DNA from: Conidiobolus incongruus B7586
Lineage: Eukaryota
Direction: 5' to 3'
Assembly (NCBI GenBank): GCA_000697335.1
Contig: JNEM01012695.1
Coordinates: forward strand, 1 to 61,254
Length of the DNA stretch: 61,254 nt
Position numbers and translations under genes: made by a program. The notes below the pieces were generated by a model, which did no database searches, was not told the origin of the DNA, and was given only the letters and a program-made list of their open reading frames with translations. Positions 26,103 to 38,642 of the stretch are shown in pieces. How positions within the stretch are numbered: position 1 is the stretch's first letter; the number at the start of each line of letters is the position of its first letter.

Positions 26103-29100
26103 TTAGTTCATAATAAAATCCAACATTCCCTTGGATGTATTCTTCTCCTTTTCCTTACCAACGTGAGGAGATGGCTGATGCGATTTGACGATTGGTGATT
26201 GGGTGGAGTGAGTAGGAGGTAGCTGAGGTTTAGAGTATGTATAGGGGGATTCCAAATGATTAGGGTAAGGATTAGGTTGATTAGAAGGTGGACCATTTTG
26301 ATAGTAGCCAGGAGGAGTTGGGATGTTTTGAGCTGATGTAGGTTGAGGAGGGTGATATGGTAGGTGTGGAGCTTGGTAGAAAGAAGGAGAGGGCCTTGAA
26401 GGTACTGGTTGACTGGATTCAGTCGGATAACCAGGATGTCGAGGTGGTAATGATGTATGTGGATTTTGAGGATAACTATGATTGGGATTGCTTGGGAGAT
26501 GAGGACGTGGTGGATAAGCAATATGAGGATTCACAACACTCGATCTTCGAGATGCATAATCATTATCATATCCGCTTGGTCTACTATTAGATCTTCCATC
26601 ACTATAAATGCGATGAGAATGTTCTGAATGCATTTGGGAATGAGGAACTTGATGATTCAAAGGATCAGCATGATAAGGCTGACTCTGTGGAGGAGGATAG
26701 GAACCAGCTCGAGAATCCATACTTATCGAATTACGATGCAATGAAACGGGCTGTGAAGCAGGAGGATCACCATGAGGATATTGGTTGACACGGGGAGAAG
26801 TAAGCGGAAGATGATTTGAGACGGGTGGTGGATGATGCATTGGCTGAGAGCCTGGTGCAATCATATCTGAATGTGGTGGTGGATTTCCAGAGGGATAAGA
26901 GTGTCGCCCATAGCCATAGTCTCTGGATTGTTTTCTGCTTGCATATCCCATGTCATTAGAGGTATGAGAATTTTCGTGTTGATAAGAATGAAAACCTGGT
27001 GATGGACCTTGATCAACTGTAGATACCCTTTGTTGTTGGTAAGAAACTGGTGAAGGAATCTGTGGCGTATGTTGAGATGGGACCTGAACTGGAGGCCTCA
27101 TGTTATGTGGATTAGCTGCAGGCTGGGTGCTTGAGTGATATCCATATTGATGTGGAGGTTCATGGAGCCTTGATTGATACACGGGGGGACGTGATAAAGG
27201 TATCTGATTTTGGTTAGAACCTGGTGGATATGATGGGAAAATGCCAGTTGTATTGTTAGGATTGGGACTAGGTCTGACACTGGAATGCGTTGATCCAGGT
27301 CGCGATTGATGTGCAGGATGAAAATTCTGAGCGCTTGGGTGTTGTTGCTGTGGAATTGGATGATGAGAATGAGCCGGATAAGTAGAAGATGGGGATTTCG
27401 TGAGAAATACGTTGGGTGAATGATGATTCATCTGATTAGATTGAGAACTCGGAGGACGATAACTCTCAGGAGGATATGGGGTTGTATGAGGATAATGAGA
27501 CTGGGGACGAGTAGAACTGAACTCTCTACCATGTTCAATGTTACCTTGGTGACCTGGGGGATAATGTGTAGTTGAAGGTATTGATGGTCCACGATCAAAT
27601 GTATGTGGCTGAGATACACTTGATCTAGAGGGAATTGAGTGTTGGCTATAAACAGGAGGCTTAGTGTGTTCCATTGAATGAGGGATTCGATTATGAGAAA
27701 CAACATGGCCAGGATCAACCATATTATGAGGTTTAGAATTTGGCGGTTGGGAGGAATAAGGACGATGGTCAATATTAGAAAAATGCCCATTCGATGTAGG
27801 AACTTGAAATTTAGATGATTCATTGAGAATATGAGCTGGATTAGAATGTGAATCCATAGTGCGGATACTGTTTTGATAACTTGATGAAGCAAATGTGTTT
27901 GATTGAAGATGTGGTAGTTGTGAAGCAGATGTAGGATAATGAGGTGATGGAAGTTCAGTAGAAGTCAAAACTCTTGGATGATCTCCGCTTGTTATTTGAT
28001 GCTGAGATCGAGGAAGAAACTGAAAACCAGAAGCTGGCAAATCCTTTGGTGAAGTGAGATTATTAGTGGTATCTACTTTCATTATATTTCCAAGAGTATT
28101 GGTGCGCTGGCGAGATATCGAATTAGGAACATTCGGATGTTGATCAACTGAATTAGTCTCAGGATTCACATTACTATTTTGATTGATGGGTTTAATCTCA
28201 TTAGATGCATCATTGGTCTTTTCATGGGTCAAAGAGGCAGGTGATACAGGGTCGTTAATAGAACTTGGGGGTTTTTCTGAATCAGTTTTGATATCTGTAA
28301 CTTGAACACGAGATGATACAGGGGTTTGAACAAAAGGTTTAGATGTGGGAATAGTTGAAACCACATGAGGCTGTGGGAGAGAGTTATCAAGAGGTGATTT
28401 AACTAACTTGGGCTTAGATTGTGGCGGTTCAGAATCAGCCTGGCTAATTGGACGCTTGACTGATACAAATTCAGGAACAATGTCCTTAGCTTCTCGTGAT
28501 GAATGATCAACAGGCCCTGGTATCGAATATGCACGAGCTTCTTTTTTGGCATTTAATTTAGATCCAATATCCGAATCGGATTGACCTCTAATTTTCCTAA
28601 TGGGTGTTGAATTATTGAGAATTGGTATTGTAGCGGATGCACCATGTGTATTTGGTTTTTTGGAATCAGGTGGATTTCCAAGGAAAGATTTGGAGCGTGA
28701 AAAATCAGGATTACGGCCTGCAAGTGATGAAATACTATATACTTTACTTTTTGCAGCATTCCATTCATCCACACTTGACAAAGGCTTCTGTATCGTAGTA
28801 TTCAAGCTGCTAGCTGGTGCAGTTGCAGCTGGTGCCGTGGTTACTTCAGGAGACGATTTTCTTGGGGACGAGGATTTGGAAATTTGTTTAGGAGAATTAG
28901 TGAGTTTGACTGTGTTCTCATTATTGGCTTGGTTTGGTTGAGCTTCCTCTTTTTTATCCACTGATGTTTCCTCTTGAACTGAATCTTTATGTTCGGGATT
29001 TGTATCATGGTTTTCAATATGAGATTCAGGCTTAGAGGATGGATTTTCTGGCTCATCTGCTTTAAGAGGCTTCGAAGTAGCCAAGGTTTCTTCCTTTTCC

Positions 29101-30911
29101 TTATTTAGATCTTTAGCTTCCTTAACCTCCTTTTCTCCCTTATGAGTATCTTTAGAACAGGAGGTTTCTGAGGCTTTTTCAACAGTTTCAGTCTTTTGAA
29201 CGTTGGTTTTGGTAGGAGTTAAACTCGTCTTAGCGGGCTTATTTTGTGTGGGGGTACGGGGTGTATCTTCAGTAGCAGCTGCGCTAGATTGAGTTTGCTT
29301 GATTCCAGATCCACTATTTAAACATATTAGTTTTGCATTTTTTGGAAAATAGTTTGATATATACCTAATAGAATTATGAGTTTTGAGTGGAGGAGGATTG
29401 GGAGGATGCTTTTCCCTTAGCTTCCATTGATGTCGAATGGAAGTTATAGCAGCTTCTAAAGCCTCTTTAGTTACCGGATTTTTACAACTCTCAATAATTT
29501 GTTTCGCAATCTCCTCCGAATTAGGCTGATCTTTATCATCTCGCATTCGAACAAACCTAGTTATAATTAGTAATGCATTAATAATTATTAAAATGTTATT
29601 ACCTCCATCCACCAATCTCAGATTCAGGTACATATCCCTGATCCACATTTAACACTTCCCATTCGGGGTCGTATCTAAATTCAGCAATCTTACTATTTGG
29701 TGGTGTTAATCTCCATTCTGACCATGTCTTCTTCTCAAGCTGAAGTGATGAAAAGGCTCGTGTACCATAAGCATCAGTTACATGAAGTTTATAGGCAGGT
29801 TTATGATCTGAATTATATGTAACTACAATTTTGAAATCTACAGTATATTTATCTACTGGTTTCCATTTAAATAGTTTAGTATTAATGGCAGGTATATAAC
29901 CAGATCTCACAGGAGTAAAAATTAAGCCGTCATTAGCATGTTTGAGATTAGGTATGCTTTTAAATACAAGTACTAGACCATAAGACCGTTCCATTTTCTT
30001 AAGACTTATACTAATAAACAGAAAATCAGAAAGATAGTTAGTACTAAATATCATTTAAAATACCTTATTTCATGCTTAGATTTCAGTTCAGGGCGACTTT
30101 CATATAAGGCTTTTAAGGGAGCGATAACTTCATTTTGTAATAACTAAAATAATGTAAGGAATTTATAAATATATATAAATATAAGTAAACCTACCCCTAG
30201 TCGTGTGGAAAATGATCGATGAATTTGAGAAGTTGAATTAAGAGCCATAATGTCGAATGTGAGATATCGTAAATGTTTCTAAAGTAAAGGAATTTGAAAA
30301 AAGGGTTGATATTATTAGTATATAAATAATAAAAGAATAAAAAAAATTAAAATTACTGTATTGGAAGCTTGATCAGTTTCTAAAACTAGTTCCCCATCAA
30401 TTAAAGTTTCGTGATGAAAACTTTTGTTTTTTGTCGTTGGTAACTGGATATTTTTTAATAGAAAATAGTGATTACTACGATCAATCTAAAGATCATAAAA
30501 ATAAAAATCAGTATTTTAAGTTTTAATAAATTAGGTTTTTATATAATTTAGAGTTTTTACATACAAAAAAAGTGAGCGGAGTATCGTTATGAACTATTAA
30601 AAACATTAAAAATCTTTCACCATCAGATTTTTCACAAACATAATAATCTTCATTTTCTAAACACTTAATATGTTGTTGTTTGAATGTAACAGGTTGAGTT
30701 CCTGGGAAACTATAACAAATAGTTAATAAATGATTTTTGAAATTTTTAAAATTTTGGTTTTTTAGCATATATAATCAATAGCTCACACATACTTGTTATG
30801 TTCAACATGGAGTAAAGCTTTTACTCTCTCTTTCAAAGTTTTTTCAAATGTAGGTTCAACAGGTTGAACCTGGTTACTGATCAATGATAAATAAGGTGAC
30901 AAAGGCTTCAT
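26103..30911 (-). CDS. mRNA capping guanylyltransferase (Ceg1/Pce1 family NTase plus OB domain) with ~1,100-aa low-complexity C-terminal extension, ~1,472 aa
   Basis: Seven exons: 30911-30793, 30709-30565, 30485-30357, 30278-30195, 30143-30064, 30010-29603, 29556-26103 (4,419 nt, in frame). FPGTQPV, motif I EKSDGER, III TLIDGELV, IIIa YLTFDIM, IV NDGLIF, V LFKWKP and VI RMRDDK are all intact. Confidence 0.9.
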
Positions 30912-32025
30912 TTGAAAAAAAATGCAATCGGGAGGTGGTGTAAGTAAAAGAACGGAAAATATGAGTAAAAAAGTAGAAAATTAACGGAAAGAAGCCAGAG
31001 TGATACTAACTAATATACAAAGAAGGGCAGGTATAATACAAAAAATCACCTAGCGTTCTACTAACTGATGAATGAATTTAATACACTATTTGAATGAATG
31101 AAAAATTTAGATAAAAAATCAAAATCCGATCCATGAGCATAATGGGTGGGTTTTTATACTCCCAGATTTTTTCAAATTGAAATTGCAGTTACTGGAATTG
31201 GTCAAAGGGTTAAACCTGTGTCACTTCCTATTTGGTTAATGTTTAAATTTGGAAGATGAGCAAGGAGAGAATGAAATTCTTATTTTTCTCAACAAGTTTT
31301 AGGCAGATTTTCACAGACAAATAAATTTGAATCATCAATTGATGAGATCACATGCAGATTACAACTGTCCAATAACCATCAATAATTACACGATTTCTTC
31401 ACTTATTGGCCAACCAACCAACATGACCAAGTATGAGTAAACTAGAACCAGATCTTGTATAATAATACTAAAAAGTAAAATTTTAAGTGTCATTCAAGCA
31501 AATATACAATCCAAGATGCTAATTATTCCACAATTCTAACAATTTTTTGTTCATTAATGCTTTGTACGCCAATGTATTATTTTATTAAAATGCTCCTTTC
31601 TTTTCATAAACTTCCTCAATTTATTAAACAATGTTACCTAAGCATTTTGGATAAATCAAATATTTCTTATTTCTAGTTTATTTGTAATACAAATAAACTC
31701 CAATATGTATATAAAGCCACCTAAATCTTTCAATTAATTCAAAAAATTAACTTTTCTCGAGCTTATTTAAAAATATAATATAAGGATGTTTAATTATAAG
31801 CCTATTAAAATTTATAATAAGATTCTTTTATTTTACTGTTGAAATTTGTCAATCAACATAAAAAATAATGAAATTAGCAACTCTATTTGACCAAAATAGC
31901 AATTTTCTATTCTATTTTCATACTTTAAAACTGATTTAGAGAAGCTAAGTTAATTCCAAACCGACGCAATAAGAATTATGTTTTAATATCAAAAATATTA
32001 ATTTACCGGCTTTAGAAATTTTATA

Positions 32026-32056
<31 letters not shown>

Positions 32057-35000
32057 CTTTATAATCATATATTTAACTAACTTTCTATCATTTACTATAG
32101 TCTATTTTATCTAAAAATATTTACCATGATAATTGAATTAAAAATGAATTTTTTTTCTATTAGTAAAAAATACTTTTATATCAATATTAAAATGTTTAAT
32201 GTTTAAATTTATATTTTAATCAGTAATTTTAAAAGTGAAATAACTGTTAAAGTTTTATAAATCAATATCAATCAATATATTTTATAATCTTTCATAAATA
32301 TTTTTGCATAATGAGTAAAATATTCTAGCACTATTAATATAAAAAAATGAATATTAAAGAAGTATTTTTAATCAGGAATTATGTTCTTTAATCATTTAAC
32401 TTAATTTGGTAATATCTAAATTTTTTACTAAAATCATCAATATCTGATAATAAATATTAAAAAATTACACATTATAAAATTTCTCAATATATTGATATAT
32501 ATATGACTGGAAATTACTTTATAATGGTTTTATATTCATCCATATATATATATATATATATATAATTCTAAATAATATTGCTGAGATTATGATTATTTTT
32601 AATAAAATCTAAATATCAATAATATTTCTATAATTTGATTCATTTTGATTTGAATACTAAACCTTCCAAATTAAGTTACTCCAAATTTTCCAAGTGAGGA
32701 TATCAGCCAATCAAGCTGGTTAAATTATTAACAAACTTATTAAACACTTGGAAAAATTGTAGTGAAAAATAGTTGATGAAATTATTACACATATCAAACT
32801 TAATAATGATTAAAAACTTTTAATAAAATTTAGTATAGTTAATTAGTAATAATAATAATTCAAAATAAACTCAGAAGTTAATAAAAATACCCATTAAACC
32901 GATTTAATCCGATCAAATATTTATCTTACACCTTGATAAAATTAAAATGGTCAACTTAATCAAAAACAATATTTAATTATTACATCAAAATTTTTTTAAT
33001 CTATCTGATATACTGTTTAACGTACGTAGTAATGATAATAAATGATGTGGTTGCATATGTCGATACAACTACTAAACTATAAATTTGGCACGAGTTTCAT
33101 CCTTATCAAAACATGTTAACACCAAGAATTCTAAATGAAATAACAACTATTGAATGTGTGAAAAAAAGCAAATAAGCGTTGAGGATAGTCTTCAGATAGA
33201 CCAAATATTTTATTATTATAGGGTTGGGGATCCAAAAATAAAGATGTTCATTTAATAAATGAACCAAAACATCCTTTAACCAATATTTACCCCTGACATT
33301 CTTCTTATCGCTCTTTTAAAATTGGATGATTTAAATTAATTAAATACAAAAAAAATATTGTAAAAAGATGGCGTTATTATGTGGTGTAGGTTTTATAATG
33401 CGTTGCTCCTAGTTTGTATGTTAATATTAATAGATATTTTGATTGATTGAAGTAGAAATTGAGTTGTAATGATTTTGTCTCTTACTAATTATCTTAACTG
33501 CATATTCCGAATATTGACCAGTTTTAAATATCAATTTTTTTCAAATAGGACTAGTTTATTGGATCATTTTTAACATACTTTCTAAAGGTTTTCAATGTAA
33601 AATGAGAGATATACCGTAAATAACTTCCTCTATCAATTCACAATTCTACTTTTTTTCGAATAAATATTATTATTTATAAGTGGATATGGTAACAACAATA
33701 ATAATCATATTTATAAAGTGTTAATTATATTATAGTGTTTAATTTACTATAAATCGATCATTTTTTCAAAGTCAACATATATATATTAGAATATTAGGTT
33801 TTTTTATTATGTTAGCATTATTTAATTATTCCATTATTACAAATTTTTTCATATCAAGTATCAAAAATTTTTTGTCATAAACCAAGTCTCGATAAATTGA
33901 TTTTGAATTAATTTAGTTCAAATTAAAACTTTTTTTAATTTAAAACTTCTAAATTATAAATCAAACTCTAAAATATCATTTTAAAACTATCAAGTTAAAA
34001 AATTATCAAAATAGTGTTTATTTCATTTAATTTAAAATTTTTATAAAACTATGAATTACTTTGTCATAAGTGAAATACGCTCCCCTATTTACGAATTTCT
34101 TATAACTTTTTGAACCAATGCTTGCGAATTTTTTAATACATGAAAACTAAATAAACTTCATAATCACTAATGCATAAATATTGAGTGAAACCTAATTTCA
34201 AGTTGCATTACTCATGTCATAGTTTGTTACAGTTTTAATTAATAGGTTACCTTGTTACAATTGTCTTCCCATAAATTCCTTAAGTTTACGCAGCCATTCC
34301 TAAATTCAGAACCGTTGTTTCTAATAATTAAAAGATATGTTCGGATAATTGGAATTATGATATCATTTTTAATTAGTCAAATTTGGCAGTTATTTGAAAC
34401 AATATTTCAAACTATTTGATAATGATAATAGTTTTTTTTGTATGTGGATAAGTTCGAGAAATGAGTTTTTTATTACTGAATACATTGATTCTATAAGATC
34501 TAATATGTATTTTGGCTCACTCCAAAAGCTTTAGAGTTATATTTTCGGTTGGATAAATCTAAATTATCACCTTAAACCAATTGATATAAACTTTTGAAAA
34601 AATTTTCTATATATATGTATTGAAATATTATTAATATAAAAGAATCTGTAAATAATAGGCTGCCAATCCTAATTTCTTTAGTTCTCAGACTAAAAGCCTA
34701 TAATTAATATCCAAACAGCAATATATATTTCAATAGTCAATATAAATAAATATGAGCAATTATTGAACTTCTCAATATTTAATCAATGATCACCGTATAT
34801 AAATATTACCAAATATATATTATAATTGATTATAATAGATTTCCACTTTTGATAAATAATAATATTTCAAACTTAACTCTGTTATGCGTTGTTATCAATA
34901 CCTAATTTGAGTACTATATTTCATAAAATGATTATATTTACCATTGTTTCATAGGATTTTAAATAGGACCAAAATTTATATTTATTAACATTAATAAGAA

Positions 35001-36055
35001 CTCAATTTAGAAATATATTCATTATAAAAATGAATAATTATTGTTATAATAGAGAATATTTTATAAAATTTGGTGAAAATAATCTTTTAAAAAAATTTAT
35101 TTGACAAATCTATTGATAATATTGCCTTACAATGAATTTTTTCAATTTATAGTGGATGAAATATTTATATTTAGTACTTATAAATGAATTTTCATCATTC
35201 TAATATTTTAGTTAATTATTAAAAATTTTTCCTATTTATTATTTCTGAATATATTAAGCTGCTAAATTACAGTTCGAACAAATAAATTTAATATAACTAC
35301 TCATTGATTTTGCTTAATTGTTTTTTTGGATTTAAAAGAGTTAATAATCCCAATTACTTAATGATTTAAATTATTTTAAAAATATATTAAAATATTAACA
35401 AAATTCATTGTATTTCATTTTACAGTATATATTTTAATATAGTCAATTATTAAACATTAATTTTTCTATACTTAATCTCTTGAAAGAAGAGTTAGTATGA
35501 AAACATTATCTTATTTCTTTTAAAATTTATTTATTTATCAAGTATATATTAATAAATTATTAGACTTTTAGTTTTAATAAGATATTCAAATCAACAAATA
35601 GAGTTTGAAATAATTATAAAACTAATTATAGTTTAATTAAAATAAATGAACATATCTAGTTATATATATCATTGATTAATAAATTATAAAAGTTTTCTCA
35701 GATATATATAAATAATAACAGTTATTTATATCAATTCAACCAATTTAAAACTAACTATATATATTATTTTGATTAATATATAAAAAACAAATCTCATATC
35801 TTTTTATAATATTCATATATAGTTTAATGATATTTGTAAATATTTTTAAATTTTAGTAAAATTTTAAAATATAATATTACTCATCAATTATTGCTTATTA
35901 TTAAAACCTATCTTTAGTAATTGAATAAAGCTTTTCTATTTTTAAATAAAATTAAATAAATACAGCTACTTAATTTTATTTATATATTATCAAATTATAT
36001 AATTGTTATTATATCTTTATTTCAATAATTAAATATTCAGAATAATATTGAAAAA

Positions 36056-36092
36056 TTAAATATTAAATATTAAATATTAAATATTAAATATT
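36056..36092. repeat. Tandem repeat (TTAAATA) x ~5
   Basis: ttaaatattaaatattaaatattaaatattaaatatt read directly. Confidence 0.8.
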
Positions 36093-37021
36093 TTACAATA
36101 TAACTAATTATAATGTAAAAAGTTCTCAGTTAATGAATAAAATTAATTTATTAAATAATGTTAAATAAATAATAATATTACATATATTTGATTATACCTT
36201 GATATTAAAACAGTTTTTAATATTTAAGGAGAAACTATTATAATTTAATGTCAATATAATATTTAATTAGAATTCATATAAAATTGTATCCCAAAAAATA
36301 AATTAAATCTTTTTTATTGAGATATCACTTAATATTTAATATATTATGTAAAATTTTTAGTAATTTTATAAACTTGATCAATTATATTATTTTTGACAAT
36401 TGAGAATATAATAAATTTTTAATTATTTTCCAACATTTAATATATTTTTAAAAATTATTTTATTAAACATAAAACTATAAATTAACAACTGATATTGGTT
36501 TTGAAATATTGAAAATAAAAAAATTCTAATTTGAAGCAATATCAACATAATCCTTGTTAAAAAAATAAATTAATTATATAAAAACATACGTTAATTTAAT
36601 AAAAAATAGATTTTTTATTTTGGAATAATATATCTAATTAAAATATAATAATATAAAAAACAATGGTTACTATAAATTCATATAAGAATTTCTAATTTAT
36701 TTTTCAAAATATTGAATATATCAAAATATTCACATTACATGGATAAGTTTAAAGATTATGAGCCTTGTATTCATTTTTTTGATATGATTGTTAATAATAA
36801 AATGGTTTTATATAATAATATAGAGATCAAAATATTTTATAATAAATTGGATATCCAGCTGTTTGAATTTCAATTAAAGATTTAAAATTATAATTTAAAA
36901 TAATCTTTGAATGAAAAATAATTATATAGCACTTTATTCAAATTTTGTTACAAGTATAATTAACTATCTTATATTTTAATTCTTATTGAATATAAGCAAC
37001 TGTTTTAATATTGTTAATAAT

Positions 37022-37363
37022 TTAAAATTTTCTTTGCCCTAAAATCACTTCAAACCAAAGTCTAAAATCCGACAGAAACGACATGATAGGATACTTAAAC
37101 GTTGCCGGATGATTCTTCTCAACGAAATAATGGCCTATCCAGGCGGGAAAGTAGAAGACAATGGGCAATAGGGCAGAGTACCAGTATTCTCTAGTGTACC
37201 AGATATAGAAACTGAGGAGTACGAAAGCAGTAACGCCTACATAATGAAATCGACGGGTCAAGGGACGGGAGTGTTGGCCTAGGTAAAAATAGTAAAAGTC
37301 GTTCAGGGAATTATAATGGCCGCGATCAGCTACTTTTTCAAAGTTTTGGTTAATTAAAGTCAT
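37022..37363 (-). CDS. DUF962/Mpo1-like small membrane protein (short form), 113 aa
   Basis: Intronless. FY.FYL.QH....RRFH.VG and AWIGHYFVEKNHPATFKYP..S...DFR match the short DUF962 pattern, including the conserved His residues. Confidence 0.88.
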   Translation of the reverse strand: MTLINQNFEKVADRGHYNSLNDFYYFYLGQHSRPLTRRFHYVGVTAFVLLSFYIWYTREYWYSALLPIVFYFPAWIGHYFVEKNHPATFKYPIMSFLSDFRLWFEVILGQRKF

Positions 37364-38642
37364 TTTAAAAGAAAGAATAAGGAATGCAGAATCGTTTTGT
37401 GAAAGTGTAATCTATGATATTTTTATACTCTGAGATTTATAAATGAAATAATTTTAACTTAATTATGATTTCACAATGATTTAGAAATTGATCAATTTCT
37501 TTATAATTCAGAAACTAAAAAGTCAAACTAAGATATTTTTAACATTGATTATATCTATATTGCGTAAAATTATCTATAAAATTAAATAAACTAAGTGTAA
37601 TATTCTTATTATAAAACTGATGATATCGATTCAACAAATATTGATCTAAGTGTATTTTGACAATTATTAAAAACCACAATATAAATTATTTATATCATAA
37701 CTATAACTATTATTTTAAAAAATTAAAATAATCTCAAAAATTGCACCTTTGACATATTATTTATTATATATTCTCTATTTTTTCAATTGATAATTCTTTG
37801 TATATATTTATATTTTTAAAATCAATCCCATAAAGTTTCATGAACAAATCTTTTCTATAAATTTTGCATATCTCCAAAATTTCCCATTTCCTACGACTTG
37901 TAAAATTCCCCTTAATATTTTAAGTAAATTTAAATATGTAAGGTTTTGTCCAAGTCCATAGCAATGTCCATTCCGAAGATCCAAAACTATATTCTTTACA
38001 GAATATAAGTTTGGTGAATTGGAATTGATAACTTTGACTCGTTTTCCACTCGGAATTTATCATTATTGATTGATATCACTTTTAGTGGTCAATTGATGCT
38101 ATATTGTTGGTTGATTGATTCTGATATTAGAGTCATTAAATTTTTTATCATGATTGGAAACTAACATATTGGATTAATAATATTAAATAATCTAACTCTC
38201 ACGTATAAATATACCTGTTATTTGATAATTTTACCTTTTTGAAAGCGGTTTATAGTGTCATACGAATTCTAATGAGCTTGTTTCAATATAATTAACAAAA
38301 TCTAGAATGGCATGTAACTTTGAAAATGTTACTAGTTTTCAATTTTATTATTGAAAAGATATTGATAATTATCATTTATAAGTATATTGATTAAATGAAT
38401 CCATTATTAAAGTTAAAATAACAGATCAAATGAGATAAACTCTAAGACAGCAAATTGATTAAATGCAAATAAGATTCGGTTTAAACTGTGTGAAAATTGA
38501 AAAAACCTTTTTACTAATTATCCACTAAAACATTAAATAATAATTAAACTTGATTCCCATAGTTTTTGTTGCTTAATTTTGTTTAAAAATTAATTCTTCC
38601 AATATTCACATACTTGCAAAAAAAAGTAATTATTAGTTAATA

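Noticed and set aside
26103..29648. The 1,181-aa ORF as a stand-alone gene
   Set aside because: Its first ~30 codons come from the previous exon (other frame) and an intron; the real exon starts at 29556 with capping motif VI.
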